Below, one piece after another: positions 30,187-39,886 of a stretch of 64,000 bases of DNA. Within the stretch, counting starts at the first letter, position 1. Each line of letters starts with the position of its first letter. Made by a program: the position numbers and the translations under genes. Below the pieces are notes generated by a model. That model saw nothing but the letters and a program-made list of their open reading frames with translations, was not told where the DNA came from and made no database searches. The stretch lies in the NCBI GenBank assembly GCA_965223295.1, contig CBDCWC010000002.1, positions 800,001-864,000 on the forward strand, in the 5' to 3' direction. Source of the DNA: Nitrospirales bacterium. GTDB taxonomy: Bacteria; Nitrospirota; Nitrospiria; Nitrospirales; UBA8639.

Positions 30187-30501
30187 GAGAACCTCCTGGG
30201 ATCATTCTGCCAGAACGCTCTACTTTTGGTCTGTTCGGATTTAGGGGAAGCTTACACGCAGTCAGCGAGTTTCGGAGAACATGTTGATGACAGTGTCATA
30301 ACGACCAAAGTCAAGACAGCATTGCTAGGTGCTTCTGATGTGTCAGCCTTTGATATTAGTGTAAGCACCTTCAAGGGTCGCGTTCAGTTGAATGGCCTCG
30401 TGGACGACGCGAATCAAATGGAAAAAGCAGGGCAACTGGCACGAGATGTGAACGGGGTCACTTCAGTAGAAAACAATTTATCTATTAAATGAGTTCGTGT
30501 A

Positions 30502-30861
30502 TTGATGTGTAGACTAGAGAAAGCGATAGAGCTTCATGTACAAGAGTCCAATGATAGGCAACCTGGCTTTCTTGTGGTGTCTGCAATTGTTATTGCTGGC
30601 TTGTTTGCAGGATGTGCAGGTTCATCACTTCGGGAAAGTACGGGAGAATATGTAGACGACAGTGTGATTTCTGCGAAGGTGAAAACTGATCTTCTGCGAT
30701 GCCCGATGGTTTCAGGGTTTGACATTCACGTCGAAACGTTTAAGAATCGTGTGCAATTAAATGGATTCGTGGACAATGTCAAGCAGGCTGAACAAGCGGT
30801 CAAACTCGCCAAAGAAATTGGAGGCGTAGAAGCCATTGAAAACCACCTCAGCATCAAATAG
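30502..30861 (+). CDS. BON-domain lipoprotein (tandem paralog of the IS-disrupted gene)
   Basis: Lipobox FAGC; STGEYVDDSVISAKVK..L......FDIHVETFK.RVQLNGFVD. Confidence 0.85.
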   Translation: MMCRLEKAIELHVQESNDRQPGFLVVSAIVIAGLFAGCAGSSLRESTGEYVDDSVISAKVKTDLLRCPMVSGFDIHVETFKNRVQLNGFVDNVKQAEQAVKLAKEIGGVEAIENHLSIK

Positions 30862-31309
30862 GTTCAGCATCAAATTGGGTAACTATAACAGTCTAGCCTC
30901 GGTTTCACAGCAGGTGTAAGGTCTTCTCGAAACAGCCGTTACACATTCCTCCTCGATCGGCTCCCACCGTCCTCTTATAGAATGCTGACAAACCGATTAT
31001 AAAGCGTATGGCGAGTGAGCCAAAGACATTCACGATAGATGCATCAGGAGATGGGGCGATATTTTCAATGAAGTCTACAAACTCGAATACGAAAGGGAGT
31101 TGAACAAAGAGATCCCAAATGGAACATAGCCATGAGATCCACACGACTCTCAATCGAGTATCAGGCTAGTTCAGGATCATAGATGTACATCTAAGAATGA
31201 GTGTATTCCGTATGTTGAGGTAGCATCGATAGCGCGGCAGGTTGTGAGGCAATTCGGGTATCTCATTCGGCAATAACCGTACTTGCAAGTGCAACAGAGG
31301 TTGTGCTTA

Positions 31310-32278
31310 TCAGTTTACTATTTTGGGACTTGGTATGGGCACCTGAAAATGTTGAATGGCGAATTCTACACGGTCTTGAACATTCATAAGTGTGTCAGCA
31401 GATTTTTCAACCAAGTGCAACCTAGGTAATAAACCTGCGCGGTTGGCTATTTGAATATTCAGTCCTGGGCGGGCATTGACTTCCAGAAGGAGAGGCCCTC
31501 GTTCTTTATCTAAGACGATGTCCACACCTAAATACCCCAATTTAAAAATATCGTAGCATTTAGAGGCTAACTCCAGAAGGGTTTTCCACTCAGGGATCTG
31601 AATTCCGGTAACTTGGTTGGCAGTATCGGGGTGTTCGGTAACAATGTCATTGAACAACACTGCAGATAATGTCGTACCCGTGGCCAAATCAACGCCCACT
31701 CCCAAGGCGCCTTGATGCAAATTGGCTTTTCCATCAGACATTCTCGTTGGCAGACGAGCCATCGCCATCACCGGAACTCCTAAAAGGACGATGATCCGAA
31801 CGTCTGGGACCCCTTGGTAACTAATGGATTCAAAGATCGGTTCTGAATTCACGCAGTACTCGACTAGTGCTATATCAGCACCCCCACCTAGGCTGTACAT
31901 ACCGCTAAGGACATTCGAAATGTGATGTTCGAGTTTTGGTAGGGTGAGCAAGGTCCCATTGGCTTTTCGGTATTTATTTTTGACCACACCTTTAATCACG
32001 AGGATCCCATCTCCCCCACATCCATGGGCAGGCTTAATGACAAATTCAGTATTCTCACCCAATAATTTTGGTAGCTCACGGATGTGTCTTTCGATTTCAA
32101 TGGTGCCATAGAGAGGAGGCACGGCGACACTAGCCTTGATGCAGAGAGCTTTGGTTTGAGCTTTATCGTCAACAAGAGGAAAAAACCCACGTTGGTTGAA
32201 ACCAAGAGTGTAGACGGCATTTCGCTCGTTCAACCCTAAAATTCCAAAATCAGCTAACTCCGTGAAATTTTTGAACAT
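31310..32278 (-). CDS. Alpha-L-glutamate ligase-like ATP-grasp protein (RimK-related)
   Basis: GILGLNERN, PLVDDK, FVIKPAHG.GG.GI, GVPDVRII, MARLPT..SDGKANLHQGA, LEVNARPGLNIQIAN; start set at ATG 32278. Confidence 0.9.
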   Translation of the reverse strand: MFKNFTELADFGILGLNERNAVYTLGFNQRGFFPLVDDKAQTKALCIKASVAVPPLYGTIEIERHIRELPKLLGENTEFVIKPAHGCGGDGILVIKGVVKNKYRKANGTLLTLPKLEHHISNVLSGMYSLGGGADIALVEYCVNSEPIFESISYQGVPDVRIIVLLGVPVMAMARLPTRMSDGKANLHQGALGVGVDLATGTTLSAVLFNDIVTEHPDTANQVTGIQIPEWKTLLELASKCYDIFKLGYLGVDIVLDKERGPLLLEVNARPGLNIQIANRAGLLPRLHLVEKSADTLMNVQDRVEFAIQHFQVPIPSPKIVN

Positions 32279-32279
32279 A

Positions 32280-33821
32280 TCACCCAGGTTGTAAAACACT
32301 CTTAAAACGTCGGACTTCAAGGAGACGATACCCAGTGTATCGACCAAGGACGATTGTCATAGCCAATACGACGAGAAGTAATTCGGGAAATGTAAAAAAT
32401 AAGTAATCTATAGATTTGAGACTCATGATGAAATATGTCAAGGACGCCACAGCTAAACTCCCAAAAGCTTGCTGCAATGCTTCGCCTGCACCTCGTTCAT
32501 CCCAGACAATGGACATACGTTCGATGGTCATGGTGACGATCACCATCGGGAATAGTGCAATGGAAAGCCCACGGACCAAGCCCAAATGATGGGAAAGAAT
32601 ACTTAAAAATCCCATGATCAGCACTACCACAATAAGTACTGAAGCCAATCGAGGCACCAGGAGCAAATTGAGATTATCCAAATAGAAACGAACCCCCAGA
32701 CCAAAGGCAATTAATAGGGAAAATAGGAGTATTCCCCAGAATAATTCAGTTTCCCTGAATGCCAATCCGATTAAAATCGGCATAAACGTTCCAAAAGTTT
32801 TGAGTCCGACAATATTGCGTAATAGAACCAGAATAAACGCTCCAACTGGAATTAATATGAGGATGTGATACACCACCTGTTTTTCAATAGGGAGACTAAA
32901 GAAAGAAAACTTCAACCAAGCTGGATTGAGAACCATGCCTCGCGCCACGGCCGCCTTTATGGCTTGCTCTTGATTCGGGCTGGCGGATAATCTGAATTCT
33001 AGTTGTGTCCCTCCCTCAATCTGAAAGAGTGGAGCATGCCCACGCCACCAAGGGAGATAATTTTCTGAAATGCCTTTCTTGCCTTGTTCGAGATCGTAGG
33101 CTACCCATTCTTCCTCAATCAATACCTCCAGCCATTCCTTGACATTGACGGTCTCGGCTTCATTACTCAGCTCGATTCCATGCACAACCCTGGAAGGAAC
33201 TCCATAAAGCGTCAAGAGCTGTGCCAATACTTGCTGGAGTGGCTGTTGAGAGAGGAGAAGTGATATCGGCGATTCTTCATCTGGGTCTTGAACTCTCGCA
33301 ATAAGACTTAGGATTAATGATTCCAGATCGGCTGATTCCTCTTTCACGTCCTCAAGAACTGTCATTCCTGCTCGAAGAAACGCGCCTTGTAGTGGAGGCA
33401 GGTCGCCCTGTAACGCCTCTTCCCTAGTAGTGGAAGGGCTGGATAATGCACGAAATTCCGTCTCCCATTCCTTCATTTGGCGGATAATTCCCCGGTAATA
33501 CAGGATTTGAATGCCTTCGGCCTTTCGAGTAGCCCAATGGACCACCCGGTTTGGTCCCTGAGTTTTTTCGGTAACTCCGTAATCTTGTCCGACAAAAGCT
33601 TCTGTCGTGATGATGTAAGGATGAATGGATTGAGGAGTAAACATTGAAATTTTCGCTGGTTCATCTTCTCCCTGGAAACTGATTCTGGCCTCCACATTCC
33701 AGACTTCAGATTTTGTATCAGGACTTAGTGGAAAACCCAACACGATTGCCTTGTAGAAAAAAATCGACAGACCCAACGCAGAAAGGAGGAGAATCAGCGA
33801 AAGGAAGTGAATACGATTCAC
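32280..33821 (-). CDS. Inactive transglutaminase fused to 7-TM domain
   Basis: P.RVVHGIEL, WLEV....W..YD, LLRNIVGLKTFGTFMPILI.LAF.ET, LFPMVI.TMTIERMSI.WDE.G, LGRYTGYRL.E..RF. Confidence 0.88.
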   Translation of the reverse strand: MNRIHFLSLILLLSALGLSIFFYKAIVLGFPLSPDTKSEVWNVEARISFQGEDEPAKISMFTPQSIHPYIITTEAFVGQDYGVTEKTQGPNRVVHWATRKAEGIQILYYRGIIRQMKEWETEFRALSSPSTTREEALQGDLPPLQGAFLRAGMTVLEDVKEESADLESLILSLIARVQDPDEESPISLLLSQQPLQQVLAQLLTLYGVPSRVVHGIELSNEAETVNVKEWLEVLIEEEWVAYDLEQGKKGISENYLPWWRGHAPLFQIEGGTQLEFRLSASPNQEQAIKAAVARGMVLNPAWLKFSFFSLPIEKQVVYHILILIPVGAFILVLLRNIVGLKTFGTFMPILIGLAFRETELFWGILLFSLLIAFGLGVRFYLDNLNLLLVPRLASVLIVVVLIMGFLSILSHHLGLVRGLSIALFPMVIVTMTIERMSIVWDERGAGEALQQAFGSLAVASLTYFIMSLKSIDYLFFTFPELLLVVLAMTIVLGRYTGYRLLEVRRFKSVLQPG

Positions 33822-34411
33822 TTGTGAATTGTCTCAATCTTGCAGGATGTTTCCAAAATATGCTTCGAAGAGGGATCTACAACAAAGTGCTCTGATAAAA
33901 ACATGCGCCCAATAAGGACAGGATACTTGTAATTACTCCGATCACTAAGATTGACCTCAGTTTCTGCAAAATGATCTCCGAGGCAGATGCTCAATAACAC
34001 GACCGGTCGTTCTGAAGGTTTCTGTTTATGTCGTTTGATTTTGACTATTCGATGAACCTTGCGTTCGACTGTGACTGTTTTACTCTCGCTATCTGTGACA
34101 TCAAATTTGACCCAAGATTGGCCGTTACGAGAAAAAGATGAGATATTTTCGGCATGTATAGAAGAACTTTTTGCTCCAGTATCCAATTTAGCCTGAAAAC
34201 GTAGCCCACCTGGCGAGATCATGACTTCCTCTATCCAGCCAGCTTTTTTTGGCATATTCGAAGCTAGAAGGAATTCGACAGGTAAAAGCAGAGCCATCAC
34301 GACTATAAGCGCGATAACCGCAGCACGCAAACCATTAGTCTTGGTGCACGTTTCTTTCTCCAGGTCATGACAAGAGGACACTGTTGACAAATGATTTGTC
34401 AGAGGAAACAC
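33818..34411 (-). CDS. RimK-associated aspartic-type protease (annotated as 'ATP-dependent Zn protease' family); start uncertain
   Basis: GWIE, AKLDTGAKSSSIHA, ERPVV...ICLG, EVNLSDRS...YPVLIGR.FL. Confidence 0.88.
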   Translation of the reverse strand: MFPLTNHLSTVSSCHDLEKETCTKTNGLRAAVIALIVVMALLLPVEFLLASNMPKKAGWIEEVMISPGGLRFQAKLDTGAKSSSIHAENISSFSRNGQSWVKFDVTDSESKTVTVERKVHRIVKIKRHKQKPSERPVVLLSICLGDHFAETEVNLSDRSNYKYPVLIGRMFLSEHFVVDPSSKHILETSCKIETIHK

Positions 34412-34583
34412 CTATTTAAGTTCTTCCTGAATTGATAGTGAAATAATTAAAAATTCCATGCATATAAATTATCTTGTTAGTCAACCACATCAACTAGGCT
34501 TCATGGCTATAAAACTATGATCACTATAGTATGGGGTTCTCATCTACGTATACACTTCTATCAAACTTCATTGGGCAGAGCCA

Positions 34584-34619
34584 GAGACAAAATTGATGAA
34601 CTTTTCTGAGTTTTGTCCA
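34584..34619 (-). promoter_or_regulatory. Island operator GACA-N24-TGTC (upstream of protease/7TM/ATP-grasp operon)
   Basis: GAGACAAAAT...GTTTTGTCCA. Confidence 0.7.
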
Positions 34620-35002
34620 AAATTGGTTGCGAATAAGAAAGAGTCCAATCTTCCTCACCACCACTCAAATCAATTTATTTCTCTTTCCCTTCCCAAGCTC
34701 TAAGTTTTGAATGAGGTCTATCATGAAATAAAAGAATGCCTCGGTAGGATTAATTTCCATAAGATCGGAAGTACACTCCTGTGTGAAAAGTTATTGCGTT
34801 TGAAGCTTTGGTGAAAAACGCATCAAAACCGGCTTTATACTTTTAGTGGCTAAGGAAGTTAATTTTGTCCATTGGCGACAATCTACAGATATGATACGCA
34901 TTAGAAAAGACCTAAGGGGAATCATAGGGAAATCAATCTCTACGTCATGATGACAGATCAGAATTCTACAAAACTTAAATTCTCATTTTAGGGAGGCGTA
35001 CT

Positions 35003-35340
35003 ATGTACAAAGCATTTTAAGCATGTATCGCAATTGCATTCTTGGTAGGAACCGTCTCAGTAGGAGGTTCCGGGCAAGGTAAGAAGAGTGACAAGGAAGA
35101 AGCCAATGCTCTTGAAAAAATTCAACGAAGTGCTCCTTCAGGGAAGAAAGCTTTTCCAGGTGGAAGGATCGGTCCGATCAGGTGACGGAGATGGAAAAAG
35201 TAGCCCTTAACGACCCAAATTTAGCTGAGAAAAAAGGGGCAGCGGCACAAGATAGATTTGGAAAAGAGTCAAAAGGAAAGTATTTCAACTCAGAGTTCAT
35301 CCAGAAATCACACGAATTAGATATAGTTTTTCAAAGATAA
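35003..35340 (+). pseudogene. Pseudogene paralog of the exported protein at 47250-47597
   Basis: GGAGG RBS; MYKAF* then ...EKIQRSAPSGKKAFPGG, frameshift, DRSDQVTEMEKV; compare ENIQRSAPSGEKSLPGGSGPGNRSDQLTKMDEV. Confidence 0.75.
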
Positions 35341-35508
35341 AAGTCCATTACTTAATAATAATGAAAGCCTGGGCCTTATGAGTCTAGCTAGAAAAAATTG
35401 GCTGCAAATCAGTTCAGTCCCTCTGACTGCCGGTTGGTAGCCAACCTATTATTCTCAGCTTTTCACATCTCAGCACGTGGCTCAAAAATAGGAAGGAATG
35501 ATTCAGCG

Positions 35509-36189
35509 ATGTTGAGGGATTTCAATAAAATTAAAAATTGCGTGGTTCAAGGAACAGATGGCATCATTGGTACCGTAGCTGACGTGTATTTTAACGATCA
35601 AACCTGGGAAATTCGTTATCTCGCAGCAGACACCGCGAGTTGGTTAGACGGTCGGTACGTCCTCATTGCTAAGGAAAGCTTACTCACCCCCAAATGGCAA
35701 ACTGGCTCATTCCCAGCAACTGTGAGCCAAGGCCAAGTCAAAGATGGGCCACCGTTTGAAATTGGGCAACCCTTTTCCTGGAAAAAAGAGCGGGAAATCT
35801 GTGCGCATTATCGTTGGGCAACATACTATCCATTAGATGAAAATGAATTGTCCGTATTTCCAGGAATTTTAACCAGCGCCATTGGCCTGACCAATTTTTC
35901 ACTCAAGGCCTCTGACGGTGAAATTGGGAAAATCATCAATTTCATGGTAGATGATACCTCTTGGATCGTGCGCTATCTTGTCATCGATACATCCAAATGG
36001 TTGGCTGGTCGAAAGATTTTACTCAATCCGATGTGGGCCACGTCTATCCTGTGGGCAGATCACTTGGTAGAAATGGACCTGAGTAAAGATCAAATTCAAC
36101 AATCACCAGAATACGATCCGTTTGAACCAATCGAGCAGGTTTATGAAGATCGGCTATATACGCACTATGGAAAGCCACAATATTGGTAG
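35509..36189 (+). CDS. Tandem PRC-barrel domain protein
   Basis: Two copies of DG.IG.V.D..FDD..W.IRYL..DT..WL.GR..L; start set at ATG 35509. Confidence 0.88.
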   Translation: MLRDFNKIKNCVVQGTDGIIGTVADVYFNDQTWEIRYLAADTASWLDGRYVLIAKESLLTPKWQTGSFPATVSQGQVKDGPPFEIGQPFSWKKEREICAHYRWATYYPLDENELSVFPGILTSAIGLTNFSLKASDGEIGKIINFMVDDTSWIVRYLVIDTSKWLAGRKILLNPMWATSILWADHLVEMDLSKDQIQQSPEYDPFEPIEQVYEDRLYTHYGKPQYW

Positions 36190-36475
36190 TGAAAGCGCCG
36201 CAACGTTTAACGGAACCGGCCACAATGCTCAAATCACAGGCCGAATTTCAGAATTCCTCATGAAAGAGTCAATATACTTCGGTGGGGTCGAAAATTGGCT
36301 AAGCTTGAGATCTGGGCTCAAACACGATCGGACATATATAGAAGAGTTTTTTAAAGTTGCGATTAAGTCGTCGATGAAAATTGAAAGGACTTGAGGTAAG
36401 GAATTTGAAGACAACCAAGAGAGGTTTTTGGCCTTGTTAGAGTTTTCCCCTCACAAACACTCGTTGGTATTGGAT

Positions 36476-36940
36476 TTAGGAGTCCGTGTCTGTCTGGGAT
36501 GAATCTGCCTTCCCTTTTAATATTGGCATGAACTGAAACGTCAAAAAATTCATCAAGCTCAACACGAGAGCAATTTCATAACGATCCCAAGCCACTGCCA
36601 TCCCGATGGCACCGGTGTTCCATATACTGGCTGCCGTCGCGGTTCCGGCAATGTTGGCTCCCTCTTTGAGAATAGCACCTCCCCCGATAAATCCAATGCC
36701 CGTCAAAATCCCATACATTACTCGTGCTTCAGCATCCGTGGAATCTAATACGTAGATCCCCGTCAACATATAGGCGCAAGAGCCAAGAGCGACTAAGGGA
36801 AAGGTCTGCAATCCAGCGCTTTGAGATCGACGCTCTCTATCCCACCCTAACGGAAAAGCCAGGACAAAGGCGATAACCAAGTGATACAAATGTTCCCAAA
36901 TTTGATGCCAATCAAGCCCAAGTAACAAATTTCCATTCAT
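36476..36940 (-). CDS. MgtC/SapB family membrane protein
   Basis: GWDRE....SAGLQTFPLVALGS, GILTGIGFIGGGAILK, GTATAASIW.TGAIGMA. Confidence 0.88.
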   Translation of the reverse strand: MNGNLLLGLDWHQIWEHLYHLVIAFVLAFPLGWDRERRSQSAGLQTFPLVALGSCAYMLTGIYVLDSTDAEARVMYGILTGIGFIGGGAILKEGANIAGTATAASIWNTGAIGMAVAWDRYEIALVLSLMNFLTFQFMPILKGKADSSQTDTDS

Positions 36941-37014
36941 AGGATCACTCTAACAATCAATACATATACAAGAACTATGAAGCATTCTGCCCTTTGGAAG
37001 ATAAATCCTCTTTA

Positions 37015-37384
37015 TCAGCTTGTTCGTCGTGTTCTTGTTGTTGCGACACAAAAGTCTGTAGAGATTCTTTAAAGGTCAATGTGGGATAGGGGAAAGGGAT
37101 CTCGATATTGACTACATCCAGAGCTCACTTGACTACAGCCACAACCCTATTTTTAGACTTTCTGAGGTCAACGGGACGGAAGCCTGTTCACCATGTCACT
37201 TTACAATCAATGCTACTTTCTCCGAAATCCGTCACGAAAATTGAATATCCTTATTGTTGTGAAGCGGTTTTAGCCGATTAAGAGCTTGGGAGATCACTTC
37301 CCGCATCTCATTCCCATCTTCCCCGTGCACTACTCTACGCCTAGTCAGAGCACATCTGATTTTTTGATCTTTTCGTACTGTGAC
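37015..37384 (-). pseudogene. Decayed 3' remnant of a small-conductance mechanosensitive channel (MscS family) gene
   Basis: Minus-strand fragments VTVRKDQKIR, HGED...REVISQAL, FGESSIDCKVTW*TGFRPVDLRKSK, AVVK*ALDVVNIEIPFPYPTLTFKESL resemble the MscS C-terminus (IEIPFP motif). Confidence 0.6.
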
Positions 37385-37547
37385 AATATTTTAGGTAGAT
37401 GCTCCCAAATCAGTAATAAAATATGGTCCAAATCGAAGTGTCACCGAATACCAGAATAGTCGGTGACATATAAATGTGCACTATCTAATACTGAGATACA
37501 CCTATGATCGACCGATTTATAGAGCTAGCGTTTTGAGTCGAGGTGCA

Positions 37548-37712
37548 CTAGATCGAAGGGCGACGCCCCATCAACAGACTGACTACAAAAATAATGAGAA
37601 ACACGACAAAGAGAACCCATGCGATATTCGTGGCCGTACCAGCCACTCCTGTTAGTCCAACTGCACCCGCAATCAAGGCAATGATGAGAAATGTAATAGC
37701 CCAACTTAACAT
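37548..37712 (-). CDS. DUF1328 (UPF0391/YtjA-like) small membrane protein
   Basis: [64 protein letters not shown]; not in ORF track. Confidence 0.92.
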   Translation of the reverse strand: MLSWAITFLIIALIAGAVGLTGVAGTATNIAWVLFVVFLIIFVVSLLMGRRPSI

Positions 37713-37821
37713 TGTGCACCTCCTTTAATTACTGTCTTCATCTTCATTGTCCCTTAGACATTTGCAATGAACATGTCCAAGCTTTGTTAAGTACATATCA
37801 AGCAATCGTACTAAGGGCCAA

Positions 37822-37857
37822 TAGACAAAAATGGAGAAAATAACAGTGTTATGTCTA
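37822..37857 (-). promoter_or_regulatory. Island operator GACA-N24-TGTC (upstream of DUF1328 gene)
   Basis: TAGACAAAAA...GTTATGTCTA. Confidence 0.75.
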
Positions 37858-38332
37858 GCTGAGAAGCGGCTTTACTCAAGTAGATATTTGTCATTTATTC
37901 ATAATCAATTTGTTACCGTAATTTAGAAGCAACATCAGACAGTTTGTCCTTCGAGCAAAAAGAACTCTTCTCGCGACCACCCGTTCCAGGCATAGGAATC
38001 AAACTCAGATCTATTCTTAAAGAAGAATGGAGCCTAAGAGAAAATCAACAAAAGATGGAGAAGGATTTGATACGCCCTAAAAGGCAGGCAAAAAGAGCAG
38101 AACGACAGGTTCAGATTAGTGCTTACACACCTATTATTTTAAAAGTTATGAGAGACAAGAATACGCCTACGATGCAAATAAGAGATCAGTCACCCCCGTT
38201 TTTACCACTAGAATATTTCGCACGAGTGAAGCAATGATTATTTCTGAATTATGAGAGTGTTCTGAATAAATAAAAATATCATCACAACATGAAAAACAAT
38301 TTTTATGCATTAAATACACTGCTACTCAGCGT

Positions 38333-38476
38333 CTACTCATCCGCTTGACAACCTGAGTGTCCACATTGACATTTTCCAGAGGAAGAATCTTCCGGACTCC
38401 TGCAATTTTCAGAGCAAAACTCCTTCCCTGGCTCAGCCTCACACGAACACGATGGATGAGCGCATTTCTTTGTCAT
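38333..38476 (-). CDS. Bacterial metallothionein (SmtA/BmtA-like), 47 aa
   Basis: MTKKCAHPSCSCEAEPGKEFCSENCRSPEDSSSGKCQCGHSGCQADE (8 Cys, 2 His); AAAGGAG RBS; not in ORF track. Confidence 0.85.
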   Translation of the reverse strand: MTKKCAHPSCSCEAEPGKEFCSENCRSPEDSSSGKCQCGHSGCQADE

Positions 38477-38499
38477 GGCAAATCTCCTTTGAGGTAATT

Positions 38500-38877
38500 T
38501 TAATTCTTTTCATTCGCGAGTTGATAGTCAACCACTTTGTTATGGATATCGACAATAATCTTTAAACGGTCGCCAGGCTTGGCACTATTCGCCTTATTTT
38601 CAAGTTTTTCTAATTCAAGGTAACGAGGGGAAATTTCTTTCGTATCACCTGAATTCACTTTAATCGTGTTCTCATTTACGGCTTCGACAATCCCATATAT
38701 AACCCTTTGGTCTGCAGGTAGATTGTCAGTGGCGTGCTGACCTTGTGACTCCATCGCTGACTTCTGCTTATGCCCTTCTCCACCTATGCATGCGGAAGTT
38801 AGGCCTAAGAGACTTAAACATACTGCACTTATTACCACAATTGTCTTGCGCATTGCCTTACTTTGATAAATCATCAT
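38500..38877 (-). CDS. Exported/lipoprotein hypothetical protein with OB-fold-like C-terminus
   Basis: Hydrophobic N-terminus ending TSAC; AAGGAG RBS; GIVEAVNENTIKV...KPGDRLKI. Confidence 0.65.
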   Translation of the reverse strand: MMIYQSKAMRKTIVVISAVCLSLLGLTSACIGGEGHKQKSAMESQGQHATDNLPADQRVIYGIVEAVNENTIKVNSGDTKEISPRYLELEKLENKANSAKPGDRLKIIVDIHNKVVDYQLANEKN

Positions 38878-38931
38878 GCTCTCCTTTTTAATATGCGATT
38901 AATATTAAAGATTTTTTTCTTATCATTAACA

Positions 38932-38947
38932 AGCACAATTCCTGCCC
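38932..38947 (-). promoter_or_regulatory. Possible sigma-54 (-24/-12) promoter for the 38877/metallothionein unit
   Basis: Minus strand GGGCAGGAATTGTGCT = GG-N10-GC, about 55 bp upstream of the start codon. Confidence 0.3.
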
Positions 38948-38995
38948 ACCTGTTTATTCAAACTTACTATTCATATATTATTTTCAAAATTGTCG

Positions 38996-39532
38996 CTATT
39001 TTCCTGTTTCTGCCGTTCGTGTTAAGAAATCTGCCAATTCCCCTGCATGCTTTTCAGTGTCCTGGAGAATATTCACAAGAATATGTCGTGTGACAGGATC
39101 TTTATCACCGGTTTTTCGAATCAGCCTTGTATACGATTCGATCTGATTGCGTTCCAACAGTAAATCCTGGGCAACCATATCCCTCAGTGTTGTTCCTTGC
39201 TCAGCACGGACACCAGCACGACCTGCCTTTTTTGCAATTTCGTCTAATTCATAAATGGGCACGCCGCCTAACTGCTGAATACGTTCAGCCAAGACATCAG
39301 CATGCTGCAGTTCCTCGTTGGCATGCCCTTCGAATTCGGCCTTCAATCCTGGAGATAACAGAGACACCGCCATGTAGGCGTGCTGCTTGTATTGCAAATA
39401 GCTGGTGATCTCTGTCGAACGTAACTTGTTTAATTCAGTAATGATTTGCTTGGGGTCAGTTTTATACTCGCCTGTGATAGCTCCAGATTTAATAGCCTTT
39501 TGAATTGCCGCTTGAGACTTCTTTTTCTTCAT
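38996..39532 (-). CDS. Ferritin-like / bacterioferritin-related protein
   Basis: LNKLRSTE.TSYLQY..H, EE.QHAD.LAERI.QLGG.P, DL..ER..I..Y, D..TR.IL..IL.DTE.H; Leu at the position where Bfr has its haem-ligand Met. Confidence 0.85.
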   Translation of the reverse strand: MKKKKSQAAIQKAIKSGAITGEYKTDPKQIITELNKLRSTEITSYLQYKQHAYMAVSLLSPGLKAEFEGHANEELQHADVLAERIQQLGGVPIYELDEIAKKAGRAGVRAEQGTTLRDMVAQDLLLERNQIESYTRLIRKTGDKDPVTRHILVNILQDTEKHAGELADFLTRTAETGK

Positions 39533-39594
39533 GTATTTCTCCTCAATTGGATGTTACAGGGTATTAGATTCTTTAGAATCGCCTTACTTCTGAC

Positions 39595-39783
39595 TCACAC
39601 TGTAAGTGTTTCTATCGCTGTCCCGGTGGGTAGAGTCTTGGAACGTTTGAGCAAAAGATAAGATCCAAGCGGAATCACACATACCGCCTCCCATCCTTTC
39701 TCGCCAAGCAGAAGAAGTGCAGCTTCAATCTGAGCGGCATCACCCGATTTCACCTCATGGCAACAATATTCCCATGCAATCAT
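39595..39783 (-). CDS. Small DUF4177-like hypothetical protein
   Basis: WEY......IE..L..LGEKGWEAV.V......LLKR pattern. Confidence 0.55.
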   Translation of the reverse strand: MIAWEYCCHEVKSGDAAQIEAALLLLGEKGWEAVCVIPLGSYLLLKRSKTLPTGTAIETLTV

Positions 39784-39886
39784 TAGATTCGACTCCCGAA
39801 ATATTCATAAGACAACACATTGCACACGACTCAGTTTCGTAAATGCAGCACACGTCTTTTGTCCGGTCTATTCAACATAATATGCG

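Larger units (their letters stand above)
29058..30256 (-). mobile_element. IS3-family insertion sequence (1199 bp; IS407-group-like)
   Basis: Terminal IRs TGTAAGCTTCCCC / GGGGAAGCTTACA (13 bp perfect, 20/26 extended); 4-bp target duplication CGCA (29054-57, 30257-60); orfA + orfB. Confidence 0.95.
28975..30492 (+). pseudogene. BON-domain lipoprotein gene interrupted by an IS3-family element
   Basis: MKSLCRMIILSGSLLATNALLGCAGGP (28975-29057) joins in frame with QSASFGEHVDDSVITTKVK... once the IS and one CGCA copy are removed. Confidence 0.9.

Noticed and set aside
30094-30492. ORF-track 132-aa protein
   Set aside because: Chimera of IS antisense sequence and the 3' part of the interrupted BON gene
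30849-30877. Short direct repeat TCAGCATCAAAT x2 at the BON gene end
   Set aside because: Single 12-bp duplication with no associated element; probably slippage
37525-37719. ORF-track 64-aa Cys-rich ORF
   Set aside because: Alternative frame over the DUF1328 gene, which has the RBS and a clear family match
37944-38237. 97-aa ORF (likewise 1546-1845, 9877-10146, 30905-31153, 56356-56637)
   Set aside because: Weak or non-ATG starts, no clear RBS and no recognisable homology
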